A stretch of 64,000 nt of DNA, taken from the NCBI GenBank assembly GCA_965267575.1, contig OZ254086.1, positions 4,320,001-4,384,000 on the forward strand, given 5' to 3'. Positions within the stretch are counted from its first letter, which is position 1. Every line of letters begins with the position of its first letter. Positions 28,629 through 38,739 of the stretch are shown one piece after another. A model generated the notes under the pieces. That model made no database searches. It saw only the letters and a program-made list of their open reading frames with translations, and was not told where the DNA came from. This DNA comes from Calditrichales bacterium (lineage in GTDB: Bacteria; Calditrichota; Calditrichia; Calditrichales; J004). Position numbers and translations under genes: made by a program.

Positions 28629-31128
28629 ATTATTGCAGCGGCAGCTTAAAAAAGCTTCCCGCAAATCGGAAGACGGTTCTGTCAATTATGACCATTTGCT
28701 GGAACTGGTCAGCCGCCATTACGAGGAAACAGAGAAGGAATTCCGGCTGACCCATCGTTCAATCGAGCTGATGTCCGACGAATTGATGGAGTTGAACCGC
28801 CAGACACTCGAGCAAAGCGAAGTCAAAATCCAGTCGATCGTTGACAACGTCATAGACGGAATCATCACCTTCAACGAGGATTTGATCGTTGAAACTTTCA
28901 ACCCGGCGGCCGAGTCCATTTTTGGCTTTAAAAGGGCGGACATTTCGGGACAAAGCCTGCACCATATTTTTTGCGAGGATGAAAACAATTCGCTCACTTC
29001 GATAAAAACATACGTTCAGCAGCACAGCCACCGCAAAGTGTCGCGCGAGATGACCGGCAGACGCAGGAACGGCCGTATTTTTCCCATGGAGATTGCGCTT
29101 AAGGATATGCAAATCGGCGAGCGGCGCCTTTTTGTCTGCATTGTGCGGGATATTTCCGAGCGTAAGAAGGCGGAGACCCGGCTTAATGAACTCAACAACT
29201 GCTTTATTAATTTTGTAAGCGCGCCGGAAGAGAACATCAAAAAGCTCATTGCTACCTGCGGAAAACTGCTGCAGGCGGATTGCGCTGTTTACCTGCAGAA
29301 AGAACGCGACAAGGTTTTCCCAAAGGAGTCATGGAATGCTTCTGACAATACGCGTTTTTCACCTCTCTTCGAAACACTTTTTCGCACATACAGCCGCGGC
29401 AACGAGACCAAGCCGCTGGTTATACATCTTCCGAATACCCCCGGACAGGAAGAGGGTGGAAAATCACGATCGTTTACAACCTGCGTCGGCATCGCCATAA
29501 AAACACATCAGCAGACACTTGGCACACTTACGCTGCTTTTTGATGACTTCCAGCATCCGTCGGAAGATGACCTTAAGCTGATCAGCATAATTGCTTCGTC
29601 CATTGCGGTGGAAGAAGAGCGGCGCAGCACACTTATCGAGCTTGAGCGCAGTAAGGAAAAGGCGGAAAGTGCCAGCCGCGCCAAGGGCGAATTTTTGGCC
29701 ACCATCAGTCATGAGTTGCGCACGCCGATGAACGCAATCCTTGGCTTTACCGAACTGTTGCGCAACAAAGCAGGCCGGCGCTTGAAAAAAGAGTATGTTG
29801 ATGCCATTGAATCCAGCGGCAAAAACCTCCTGTTAATGATCAATGACATTCTTGATCTGTCAAAAATCGAATCGGGTAATGTTGAACTGAAACAGCAGCC
29901 AGTGAACTTGCCGGAGATCCTTTGGGAAGTTGAAAGCATTTTTCGCTATAAGGCGGAAGAAAAGGGATTGCATTTACGGCTTGAAGTGCAGAAAGAGCTG
30001 CCACAGATGATTCTGCTGGACGAAGCACGGTTAAGACAGGTCCTGGTCAACCTGGTCGGTAACGCCATCAAATTTACAAATGAAGGCGATATTTGCATCC
30101 GGGCCGGACTTGACAAACCGGGCCGTGCTGATCTGTGGCTTGAAGTAGAAGACAGCGGCATGGGTATCGCGGCGGAAGAGCATGATCATATTTTTGAAGC
30201 TTTTGTGCAACAATCCGGGCAGGACAACCGGCAGTATGGCGGCACCGGCCTGGGGCTTTCCATAACCAAGCGGCTTGTTGAAATGATGAATGGACGGATT
30301 TCCGTTAAGAGTACGCCGGGGCTGGGCTCCATCTTTCGCGTTCAGCTCAAAAACGTGCAGATACTGGACAAGGCCGCCGAGGGCCACGAGGACAACAGGC
30401 CCGCCGTAAACGCCCGTTTAGAAGGACGCATTCTGCTCATTCACAAAAACATCTCTTACCGGGAACGTTTCGAAAAAATACTTCGTCCCTACACGACCGA
30501 TCTGCATTTTGCTTCTTCCGGACAGGAAGGCTTAAGGTCCGCCCATGAGATTTTGCCGGAGCTCATTATAATGGATATTGAGCAACAGCCCGGAAATGCT
30601 ATCAAAACGGCCCGCAAGTTGCGCGCCGCGGAAAAATTTGACCGGACCGCGATCGTAGCTGTTGGCCATAATGAAAGAGTTGTTGCCGAAAACGACGGCT
30701 TGTTCGATCGTGTTATTTCCGACCCCGATGACACACGCACAATGATGCAGTCGATTACTTCGCTGCTGGTGACAAAGCACCCTGAAGACACTAAACAGTC
30801 GGACAAAAAAAGGCTTGTCAGTGACCTGACTAAGATGCCCGGGGAACAATATGAGAAGTTTGCCTCGTCTTTTCGCTCACTTGAAGAGCACCTGCTGGAA
30901 AGCTGGCAGGATATCCATCAATTTATGATTATAGACGAAATTCTCGATTTTTCTAAAATGGTTTATCGACTTGGTCACACTTATGATATATATCTTTTAC
31001 AAAATTGGGCATCAACGACAGAACAACAGACCGATGCGCTAAATATAGAAGAGATGCGTGCTCAACTTCAGCGCTTTCCGGAAATTGTTCAGCTTATAAA
31101 AGATAATCTCAAACAGCAAGCGACCTAA
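28621..31128 (+). CDS. Hybrid histidine kinase (PAS, GAF-like, HisKA, HATPase, degenerate REC)
   Basis: MHKLLQRQL start, FNPAAESIFG...RDIS PAS, SHELRTPMN, NLVGNAIKF, GGTGLGL, IIMDI. Confidence 0.92.
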   Translation: MHKLLQRQLKKASRKSEDGSVNYDHLLELVSRHYEETEKEFRLTHRSIELMSDELMELNRQTLEQSEVKIQSIVDNVIDGIITFNEDLIVETFNPAAESIFGFKRADISGQSLHHIFCEDENNSLTSIKTYVQQHSHRKVSREMTGRRRNGRIFPMEIALKDMQIGERRLFVCIVRDISERKKAETRLNELNNCFINFVSAPEENIKKLIATCGKLLQADCAVYLQKERDKVFPKESWNASDNTRFSPLFETLFRTYSRGNETKPLVIHLPNTPGQEEGGKSRSFTTCVGIAIKTHQQTLGTLTLLFDDFQHPSEDDLKLISIIASSIAVEEERRSTLIELERSKEKAESASRAKGEFLATISHELRTPMNAILGFTELLRNKAGRRLKKEYVDAIESSGKNLLLMINDILDLSKIESGNVELKQQPVNLPEILWEVESIFRYKAEEKGLHLRLEVQKELPQMILLDEARLRQVLVNLVGNAIKFTNEGDICIRAGLDKPGRADLWLEVEDSGMGIAAEEHDHIFEAFVQQSGQDNRQYGGTGLGLSITKRLVEMMNGRISVKSTPGLGSIFRVQLKNVQILDKAAEGHEDNRPAVNARLEGRILLIHKNISYRERFEKILRPYTTDLHFASSGQEGLRSAHEILPELIIMDIEQQPGNAIKTARKLRAAEKFDRTAIVAVGHNERVVAENDGLFDRVISDPDDTRTMMQSITSLLVTKHPEDTKQSDKKRLVSDLTKMPGEQYEKFASSFRSLEEHLLESWQDIHQFMIIDEILDFSKMVYRLGHTYDIYLLQNWASTTEQQTDALNIEEMRAQLQRFPEIVQLIKDNLKQQAT

Positions 31129-31139
31129 TCCGAATACAG

Positions 31140-32387
31140 ATGACCAAATCAGAACTTGATGTCGGTATTAAGGAGATTTCCAATACATTAATTCTTATTG
31201 TTGATGACAATCGCAATAATATCCAGGTACTCGGCACCATTTTAAAGAAACAGGGCTTTAAGCTCGGTTTATGCAGCAGCGGCGCCGAAGCACTGGATTT
31301 CCTGGAACGTAAAAAAGCCGACCTTGTACTTCTTGATGTTATGATGCCGGACATGGACGGTTATGCCACCTGCCGGGCCATCAAGGAAGACCAGAGTCTA
31401 AAAGACATCCCGGTTATTTTTCTCTCCGCCAAAAGCCAGACCGAAGATAAGATCAATGGATTTGACGCCGGAGCGGTTGATTATATCACAAAGCCTTTCC
31501 ACACGGACGAGGTGCTGGCCCGCGTACAGACCCACCTGAAGCTAAAGAAGGCCAATGATGTTTTACAGCATTACCGGCAGCACCTGGAGCACCTGGTAGA
31601 CAAACAGGCCGAAGAGCTGATCCGCATGGAGCGAAAAGCCGCTTTTAATCTCGTTAGCCAAGGTGTTGTTCATAATATGAATAATCCTTTGGCCACGATC
31701 TGTGCCAGCGCGGAACTGATGATGACCTACCTGGAAAGCCTGGAGAAAGAACTTTCCAAAAATAATACACACCACAGCAAATTAAAATCGACGGTTGATC
31801 TGAACCGGGCGATCATGAAAGGGAGTACACGGCTGGCCGATATGGTGGAAAACCTGATGATACGCGGGCGCAACGGTCATACTTTGCAAAATTTTTCTGC
31901 CTGTGATCTGGGTGATGTTATTGAGAAGGAGTGTGCCCATTTCAGAAAATATCATCTTAGAAAGGGCCATAAACTGGAATTTGAAAAAACTGCTCTTCCT
32001 TTACCGGTTATTATCGTTGAGAGCGAAATCCTGCAGGTGTTTAACAATCTTATGCATAACGCGCAGGATGCGCTGTACAAAGAAAACGGTGTAATTAAGG
32101 TGGCTGTTTTCGGCAAGGATAATATGGCATGTTTCAGGGTTGGCGATAATGGGAACGGCATTGAAGCCAATAACCTGACGCGGATATTTGACCCGTTTTT
32201 CACGACCAAAGAGACGGGTATGTCCGGAGAGGAGAGTTACGGCAGTCCAAAGGGAACCGGTCTTGGCTTATACTATTGCGCACAGGTGATTGAATCGTAC
32301 GGCGGCAAAATATCGGTAGACAGTAAAATCAATCAGGGCACGACGTTTACAATCGCCCTGCCCCTTGAAAGATCCAATTCAAATTAA
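31140..32387 (+). CDS. REC-histidine kinase hybrid
   Basis: IVDD, LLDVMMP, ITKPF, HNMNNPL, NLMHNA, FFTTK, GTGLGL. Confidence 0.92.
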   Translation: MTKSELDVGIKEISNTLILIVDDNRNNIQVLGTILKKQGFKLGLCSSGAEALDFLERKKADLVLLDVMMPDMDGYATCRAIKEDQSLKDIPVIFLSAKSQTEDKINGFDAGAVDYITKPFHTDEVLARVQTHLKLKKANDVLQHYRQHLEHLVDKQAEELIRMERKAAFNLVSQGVVHNMNNPLATICASAELMMTYLESLEKELSKNNTHHSKLKSTVDLNRAIMKGSTRLADMVENLMIRGRNGHTLQNFSACDLGDVIEKECAHFRKYHLRKGHKLEFEKTALPLPVIIVESEILQVFNNLMHNAQDALYKENGVIKVAVFGKDNMACFRVGDNGNGIEANNLTRIFDPFFTTKETGMSGEESYGSPKGTGLGLYYCAQVIESYGGKISVDSKINQGTTFTIALPLERSNSN

Positions 32388-33433
32388 TCATCCCGGCTTT
32401 CAAACAGGTAATCGGAATCGATATAAGCGTTGTTCCGGCCATCATGAACGGCATAACGCGCGGGACCAAAAATGGAAGCCGCGCCGTAGTCACCTTTTTT
32501 ATTTAAAGCATAAAAGCGGATATTAAAGGCCGGTTTTCCGTCTTCGGCATAGAGCCGGGGCATAAGCTTTGCGTTTTTCATAACCCTTTTCAAACCGGCA
32601 CGACACGCCTCTTGCGGCGACATTCCCTGACGCATATACTCCACAATCAAAAAGCAGGTTAGATTTTTAATGTTCTCTTCGCCGCGACCGGTGGAACCGC
32701 ATGCCCCCACTTCATTGTCCACATAAAGGCCCGCGCCGATAATGGGACTGTCGCCGACACGGCCGGGGATTTTGTAGGAAAGGCCGCTGGTGGTGGTTAC
32801 ACCGGAAATATTGCCCTGCAGATCGAGTCCCAGGCAGGTGATGGTTCCGTAGGTAAACGGCACATCCACTGCCGCCCTGCCCTGCTTATCCGATTCGGCC
32901 GGAAACCAGTCGTCATCGGGATCGCGTCTTTCTTTCCACTCCAACCAGATTTTGCGGGCTTTCTCGGTAAGCAAATTTTCTTCATCAAAACCGTGGGCTT
33001 TGGCAAAACGCAGGGCGCCATCACCAACGATCAGGCTATGGTCGGTACGTTCCATCACCAGCCGCGCAACGCGGGACGGATTTTTGATATTGCGCAGGGC
33101 GGCCACGGCTCCGGTATTATGCGTCGGCCCGTGCATGCAGCAACTATCCAGTTCCACGATGCCTTCTTCATTGGGAAGACCGCCAAAGCCGACACTGGTA
33201 TCTTCCGGGTCGTTTTCCACGATGTTTACACCGGCAATTACCGCATCAAGAGCATCTTTGCCGTCGCGGATCATATTCATGGCTTTTTCCGTGGCCGGCA
33301 GCCCATTGTAGCTGGAAACAACAAGCGGCCCGCCGCTGCCGGAAGATTGTGCAAGCAGTTGGTTTTGTGGCAATCCTGCAAAAGCAAAGCCGACGCTCAG
33401 CGCGCCGGTTTTAATAAAATCTCTCCTCTTCAT
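32384..33433 (-). CDS. Tat-exported Ntn-hydrolase, glycosylasparaginase/isoaspartyl peptidase family
   Basis: KRRDFIK Tat motif; SVGFGGLPN, ELDS, GTI nucleophile site, TTSG, GRVGDSPIIGAG, TGRGE. Confidence 0.9.
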   Translation of the reverse strand: MKRRDFIKTGALSVGFAFAGLPQNQLLAQSSGSGGPLVVSSYNGLPATEKAMNMIRDGKDALDAVIAGVNIVENDPEDTSVGFGGLPNEEGIVELDSCCMHGPTHNTGAVAALRNIKNPSRVARLVMERTDHSLIVGDGALRFAKAHGFDEENLLTEKARKIWLEWKERRDPDDDWFPAESDKQGRAAVDVPFTYGTITCLGLDLQGNISGVTTTSGLSYKIPGRVGDSPIIGAGLYVDNEVGACGSTGRGEENIKNLTCFLIVEYMRQGMSPQEACRAGLKRVMKNAKLMPRLYAEDGKPAFNIRFYALNKKGDYGAASIFGPARYAVHDGRNNAYIDSDYLFESRDD

Positions 33434-33448
33434 GCTTCTCCCAAAAGT

Positions 33449-34933
33449 TTAGCGTGCCGCGTCCGGGTGAAAAGACGATAAGTGTATGGCTATTTTATCC
33501 TGAAGCTTGTTTATGTAAGACGTGGGCACGGAGTAGTGATTCATCATCATTACGAATATATAGTCGTTGCCGGCCAGGTCTTTGGCGTAGCCGGAAAGGC
33601 AACGGACATGATTAACGTATCCGGTTTTTGCGTGAACGCGCCCTTCGGCGGGGCTGTTTTTCATCCTGCGCGATAACGTGCCATCCACTCCGGCAATCGG
33701 CAGGGACTCAAAGAAGACACCAAAATGCCGGCTCGCGTACATATGGCGCAACAATGCAGCCGTAGCAAACGGACTAATCATATTGTGACGCGAAAGACCG
33801 GAACCATCATAGATAATGGCTTGTGCATCACTCACGCCGATAGAGCCCAGCCAGGCTTCAACAACATCGGCACCGGCGCCGGCCGAGCCATCTTTTTTAA
33901 ACTCAGCTCCAAGAGTCTTGAGGGTTTGCTCCGCATAAAAATTGTGGCTGGGCTTGTTGATTACTTTAATGATCTCGCTCAGCGCTGGTGAGTTGTGTGA
34001 GAAGATGTGTTCACGATTGGCCATTTCCGCCATGGTAAGTGGCTTATCCACACTGACGATGTCGCCGGCAATTTCAAGATCATTCAAAGCAAGCGTTGTG
34101 GCCAGATTGTCCAGATACCAAAGCGCGGGGTCTTCTACCGTGATAGATGTGCTGTAGGCATCGGCGGCGGCAGGCATCTTTCCGCTTATCAGGATGACAT
34201 TCTGCCCCCGCTCCCGCGAGATGGACAAAGAAGAAAGCGAATCCGCGTGGGTCGTAACCGCGCTATTCTCAACCAGCACATAGGAAGTTGGTGGATTCAG
34301 CGTCACCCGGACGCTGTCACCCGGTTGCTCTCCTGCTGTAACGCGCAGATCCACGCAATTGTCATTAAAAGAAAGCGCCCCGATTTGCGCCGTGTACCAG
34401 TAAGGTTCGTCGTCCCAGTTCCAGCCAAAACCGAGCGCGTCACCGCTGAAATAGGATTTATCGCCAATAAGGTCGCCGGTCACATACCTGATGCCTGCGG
34501 CAACCAGCGAATCAGCCCATTGTTTGAAACAGGCCAGAACATCACCATCATGAAAGCGTCCGGAAATCGTCGGATCGCCTTTTCCGCGCACGATCAGATC
34601 GCCGTAAAGCGTGTCATTTTTTACTTCTCCGCGGGCATAGAATGCCGTTTCAAAACGAAAGTCCGCTCCAAGCTTATCCAGCGCGCACGCAGAAGTATAC
34701 AGTTTTTGGTTAGAAGCCGGCACGAATAAACGGTATTCGTTTTGTTTATAAATGATGCGTCCGTCGTTTACCCGTTCTATATATAAGCCTATATGAGCAT
34801 TGGCAAGGTTAGGATCGTCCAACAGGTATGATATATCATTGGACAGCTTGTCGTAGGCATCTACGGGTTTAATGGTGGTTTGCCGGGTACACGCCAGAAG
34901 CAGCGCGCATAAAAGCAATGAAAGCAGGCGCAT
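33449..34933 (-). CDS. dacB: D-Ala-D-Ala carboxypeptidase/endopeptidase (PBP4, S13), lipoprotein
   Basis: Lipobox LLAC; PASNQK (SxxK), SHN (SxN), DGSGLSR, AKTG. Confidence 0.93.
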   Translation of the reverse strand: MRLLSLLLCALLLACTRQTTIKPVDAYDKLSNDISYLLDDPNLANAHIGLYIERVNDGRIIYKQNEYRLFVPASNQKLYTSACALDKLGADFRFETAFYARGEVKNDTLYGDLIVRGKGDPTISGRFHDGDVLACFKQWADSLVAAGIRYVTGDLIGDKSYFSGDALGFGWNWDDEPYWYTAQIGALSFNDNCVDLRVTAGEQPGDSVRVTLNPPTSYVLVENSAVTTHADSLSSLSISRERGQNVILISGKMPAAADAYSTSITVEDPALWYLDNLATTLALNDLEIAGDIVSVDKPLTMAEMANREHIFSHNSPALSEIIKVINKPSHNFYAEQTLKTLGAEFKKDGSAGAGADVVEAWLGSIGVSDAQAIIYDGSGLSRHNMISPFATAALLRHMYASRHFGVFFESLPIAGVDGTLSRRMKNSPAEGRVHAKTGYVNHVRCLSGYAKDLAGNDYIFVMMMNHYSVPTSYINKLQDKIAIHLSSFHPDAAR

Positions 34934-34965
34934 CGCGTCCCTCCTTCTTACAATCCTTGTACAGC

Positions 34966-34999
34966 AAAAAAAAAGGCGGAAAGGGTCACTTTCCGCCTT
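34966..34999 (-). terminator. Intrinsic terminator after hup
   Basis: Minus strand AAGGCGGAAAG-TGACC-CTTTCCGCCTT followed by a T run. Confidence 0.85.
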
Positions 35000-35017
35000 C
35001 GATCATATTTCTGGTGA

Positions 35018-35290
35018 TTAAGCAACAGAATCTTTCAGTCCTTTACCGGCTTTAAAAGTCGGAACCTTGCGAGCCGGAATCTGAATTTCAGCGCCTGTCT
35101 GAGGGTTACGGCCGGTGCGGGCTTCGCGATGCGACACGCCAAAAGTACCGAAGCCAACCAGGCTGACGCTATCGCCTTTTGCGAGTGCGCCTTTTACCCC
35201 ATCCATGAAAGAATTTAAAGCCTGCTCGGCGGCCTTTTTGGAAATATCTGCATCTTCGGCCATTTTTGCTACCAGTTCTTGCTTAGTCAT
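35018..35290 (-). CDS. hup: DNA-binding protein HU
   Basis: MTKQELV, LVGFGTF, RTGRNPQTG, PTFKAGK. Confidence 0.96.
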   Translation of the reverse strand: MTKQELVAKMAEDADISKKAAEQALNSFMDGVKGALAKGDSVSLVGFGTFGVSHREARTGRNPQTGAEIQIPARKVPTFKAGKGLKDSVA

Positions 35291-35632
35291 TAAGAGACCT
35301 CCTGTTTGAATGATATAGGTATTGTTTTTCTTAGAAAAGTCGTGAGTTAATGGTCAAATATCTGTACTAACCGTTTGAAAATCAAGAAAAACTTGATTGT
35401 TGTCACAAATGGAAAAACTAAACTTCAAATCTGTCTTTCATAAACCCAATCTTCATTACGTTTGACATTGCCGCAGACAAGAAATACATCTTGTTCCCAA
35501 AAAATCGAATATAACAATTTATGTTGTAAGTAAAACAGAAATTTTCTCTGACATCAAACAAATTTTGAATTTGTATGAGTTAGTTCAATTTGTAAATTAA
35601 CTATCCACACATAAAACCGCGGAGCAGTCCAC

Positions 35633-38008
35633 ATGGTGAAGAAGAAACAGAAACCGGTTTCATCGAGGGTTGAACAAATTGCCCTGGAACAGAGCGGTAT
35701 GAAAATTTTATATCCGCCAACCGAAAAAATCAATACTATAATTGTAGATAATTTCCCCGCACTTGGTAAACTTACGGCCTTGCGCTTTTTGGAATGGGCT
35801 CAGCAAAACGAAGGATGGACCATTTCCCTTCCCACCGGTAAAACGCCGGAACACTTTATTAAGTGGGTGACTTTTCTGCTGGCCAACTGGAATACGGCCA
35901 AAGCAAAAAAAATATTGGAAGAAGGCGGTGTAGACCCCGGTAAAAAGCCCGACATGCGCAGCTTTCATTTTATTCAGATTGATGAATTCTACCCGATTAA
36001 TTCCTTCCAGCATAACAGCTTTTACTATTATGTGAACAAATATTATATCAAGGGACTTGGCCTTGATCCGGAAAAAGCGTTACTGATAAATCCGAATACA
36101 ATCGGCATGCGCCAGGATGAGCACCTTGATGAGGTATGGCCGGACCACCAGGTGGATCTGAGCCTGCGCATACGTTATCCGCGCTCTGTACTGGAAAAGC
36201 GCCAGAAAGAAGTGCTTGAGGCCGTAGACCAGTTTTGCAGCGACTATGAAACGCGCATACGCGCTCTTGGCGGCATCGGCTTTTTCCTGGGCGGCATTGG
36301 CCCGGATGGACACATTGGCTTTAATGTGCGCGGTTCAGACCATTATTCAACAACGCGCTTGACGCCAACCAATTACGAAACCCAGGCAGCCGCAGCTACC
36401 GATCTGGGGGGTATTGAGGTTTCGCGTAACCGCCTGGTGATCACCATAGGACTGCAGACGATAGTTGAAAATCCTAAGTCGACCGCGTTGATCATCGCGG
36501 CCGGAGAAGCCAAGGCGGAGGTGATACGCTCGGCGATCCAGTCTGAATCCACCAACCTGGTGCCGGCTTCCGTGCTGCAAAAGCTGGAAAACAGCTGCTT
36601 CTACATCACCAAGGGCGCCGCCAAGCTGCTTAATGAACGACGCTATCACTATCTCAGCCAGATGGACCAGATTGATATAGACAACCGTCATCAGATTTTA
36701 ACCGACCTGGCGTTGACCAGGGGCAAGCGTTTATCCGATCTTACGCGTGAAGATTTCAATTCCATCCGCTCCAGCAAATTGCTGCTCAGCAAGGAAAAGC
36801 GCAATCATAAGGAGATGATCAAAGAGCTGGAGGAAACCTATATCAGCCGCATTATGACGGCCATGGACATCCCAAAAAGCAAAACCATTCTGCACACTGC
36901 GCCGCATCATGATGATATCATGCTGGGGTATCTGCCCTATCTCGTGCGCCTGATGCGCGAAGGCAGCAACCGTCATTTTTTCAATTACCTGACCAGCGGT
37001 TTTAATGCGGTCACCAACTCTTACATGTTGGAGCAGGTGGGCGAAGCACAGAAATTCCTTATGACGCGTGATTTTCATGAACTGCTTAAGGAAAATTATT
37101 TTGATCCGCAGAACCAGGCTTTCCGCGACAGGGACGTGCTGCAGTACCTCGACGGTATCGCCGCGGCCGATCCTTTTGCCATGACGGAAGGCAATGCCCG
37201 GCGGTTGCTGCGCAATCTTGTGGAGATTTTTGAAGAAGACTCTTTTGAAAACCTGCAGTTCCGCATCGAAGAGTTGATCAATTACTTCACCACGCAGTAT
37301 CCGGGCAAGAAAGACCTGCCCTATATCCAGCAGCTTAAAGGCATGACGCGTGAATGGGAAGCAGACATCCTCTGGGGCTATTTCGGTTTTAGCTGCCAGT
37401 CGGTAATCCATTCCAGGCTGGGCTTTTATAAGGGCGATATTTTTACCGAAGAGCCACAGGTCGACCGTGACGTGCGTCCGGTTTTGAATACGCTAAAGAA
37501 AATCAAACCCGATATCATTTCCGTGGCATTTGATCCTGAAGGCAGTGGCCCGGACACACATTACAAAGTTCTGCAGGCAGTGGCAGAAGCATTAAAGCTT
37601 TACGAACAGGAAAGCGGAAGGTCCGACATAAAGGTGTGGGGTTACCGTAACGTGTGGTACCGTTTCCATCCTTCGGAGGCCGACCTGTTTGTGCCGGTGA
37701 CGCATAATACGCGCGCCATCCTGAATGATGCGTTTATCAATGCTTTTGGTTCTCAGGCCAAGGCTTCGTTCCCCAGCTACGAGTTTGACGGACCGTTCAG
37801 CGGCCTGGCACAGAAGATACAGGTGGAGCAATATCAGAAGATGAAAAGCCTGCTGGGACGTGACTGGTTCTACCAAAACGCGGACTCCCGCATCCGCTCC
37901 ACACGCGGATTCGTTTTCCTGAAAGTGATGGATTTAAAGGAATTCTACGAACGGTCTCTGGAACTGAGGAAGAAGACCGAGAACATCACGGACTGGAGTC
38001 AGAAATAA
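35633..38008 (+). CDS. nagB: Glucosamine-6-phosphate deaminase fused to a PIG-L/LmbE-like domain
   Basis: LPTGKTP, IDEFY, GGIGPDGHIGFN, TIGL, GEAKA; C-terminal APHHDD and GPDTH. Confidence 0.8.
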   Translation: MVKKKQKPVSSRVEQIALEQSGMKILYPPTEKINTIIVDNFPALGKLTALRFLEWAQQNEGWTISLPTGKTPEHFIKWVTFLLANWNTAKAKKILEEGGVDPGKKPDMRSFHFIQIDEFYPINSFQHNSFYYYVNKYYIKGLGLDPEKALLINPNTIGMRQDEHLDEVWPDHQVDLSLRIRYPRSVLEKRQKEVLEAVDQFCSDYETRIRALGGIGFFLGGIGPDGHIGFNVRGSDHYSTTRLTPTNYETQAAAATDLGGIEVSRNRLVITIGLQTIVENPKSTALIIAAGEAKAEVIRSAIQSESTNLVPASVLQKLENSCFYITKGAAKLLNERRYHYLSQMDQIDIDNRHQILTDLALTRGKRLSDLTREDFNSIRSSKLLLSKEKRNHKEMIKELEETYISRIMTAMDIPKSKTILHTAPHHDDIMLGYLPYLVRLMREGSNRHFFNYLTSGFNAVTNSYMLEQVGEAQKFLMTRDFHELLKENYFDPQNQAFRDRDVLQYLDGIAAADPFAMTEGNARRLLRNLVEIFEEDSFENLQFRIEELINYFTTQYPGKKDLPYIQQLKGMTREWEADILWGYFGFSCQSVIHSRLGFYKGDIFTEEPQVDRDVRPVLNTLKKIKPDIISVAFDPEGSGPDTHYKVLQAVAEALKLYEQESGRSDIKVWGYRNVWYRFHPSEADLFVPVTHNTRAILNDAFINAFGSQAKASFPSYEFDGPFSGLAQKIQVEQYQKMKSLLGRDWFYQNADSRIRSTRGFVFLKVMDLKEFYERSLELRKKTENITDWSQK

Positions 38009-38011
38009 CGG

Positions 38012-38131
38012 GGAATTGGCGGATAGTTGGATTACTGAACCTGCCAATTAATAGCGCCTCTGACATGCGGTATTTGGCCGCCTGCTTTTAATGGGCAACA
38101 AGGTCCATCAATTCAATAATTCATCATTCCA
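38012..38131. repeat. Inverted pair of degenerate 8-bp tandem arrays
   Basis: Left GGAATTGG CGGATAGT TGGATTAC TGAACCTG (38012-38043); right, read on minus strand, TGGAATGA TGAATTAT TGAATTGA TGGACCTT (38131-38100). Confidence 0.6.
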
Positions 38132-38139
38132 TCGCCTGT

Positions 38140-38637
38140 TTATCTGTCTACTTTTAGACTATCCACAACGGGGGCGCTGTCCGGTTCGGCGCCCTTTTCA
38201 TATTTTTCCATAACCGGCCTTACGCCGGCGCCCCACTCATAGACCATCTGCCCGCCAAACAATCCGGCCTGGTAAATAAAAAAAGCGCCAACCACCATTA
38301 AAAGCGTAAGCCCCAAACGTACGACGGCAATCTCTTTCTTCAACACAAAAAGTACAATACGTATCAGCAATACGGCGCCGAAAATGCGCAGAACCCATTC
38401 CCCCGCGTTTTCATGCTGCTCCAGAACAGAATCTATCCCGCTGATGATTTCAGCGGCTTCCCCGGCTTGCTCTCCCGTCTGTACAGCGGCAAATGCGGCG
38501 ATTGTACCTAAAGTCAGCAGGAACAGTGTGACCCGCTTAAAGAACTCTCTTTGCATAAAATAACTCAGGATATCGGTTAAAAGCGCTGTAAGCAGCAAAG
38601 CAATCGCGAAATGAACCACTTGCGGGTGAGTCGGCAT
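38140..38637 (-). CDS. DUF2231-like membrane protein
   Basis: HPQVVHFAIALL, TG, HE, GGQMVY; four TM segments. Confidence 0.8.
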   Translation of the reverse strand: MPTHPQVVHFAIALLLTALLTDILSYFMQREFFKRVTLFLLTLGTIAAFAAVQTGEQAGEAAEIISGIDSVLEQHENAGEWVLRIFGAVLLIRIVLFVLKKEIAVVRLGLTLLMVVGAFFIYQAGLFGGQMVYEWGAGVRPVMEKYEKGAEPDSAPVVDSLKVDR

Positions 38638-38739
38638 AAGTCCTCCATGATGTTAAGTTGCTAATATAACGAAGCGCTGGCTATATTTCTTCAGTTTATG
38701 GTCGGCTCGCGGGCCGCGCAAACCTGAAAAGAAAGCTTT

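Noticed and set aside
35291..35632. 342-bp AT-rich hup-nagB spacer as an ncRNA or glmS-type ribozyme
   Set aside because: No recognisable conserved structure; divergent promoters are a sufficient explanation
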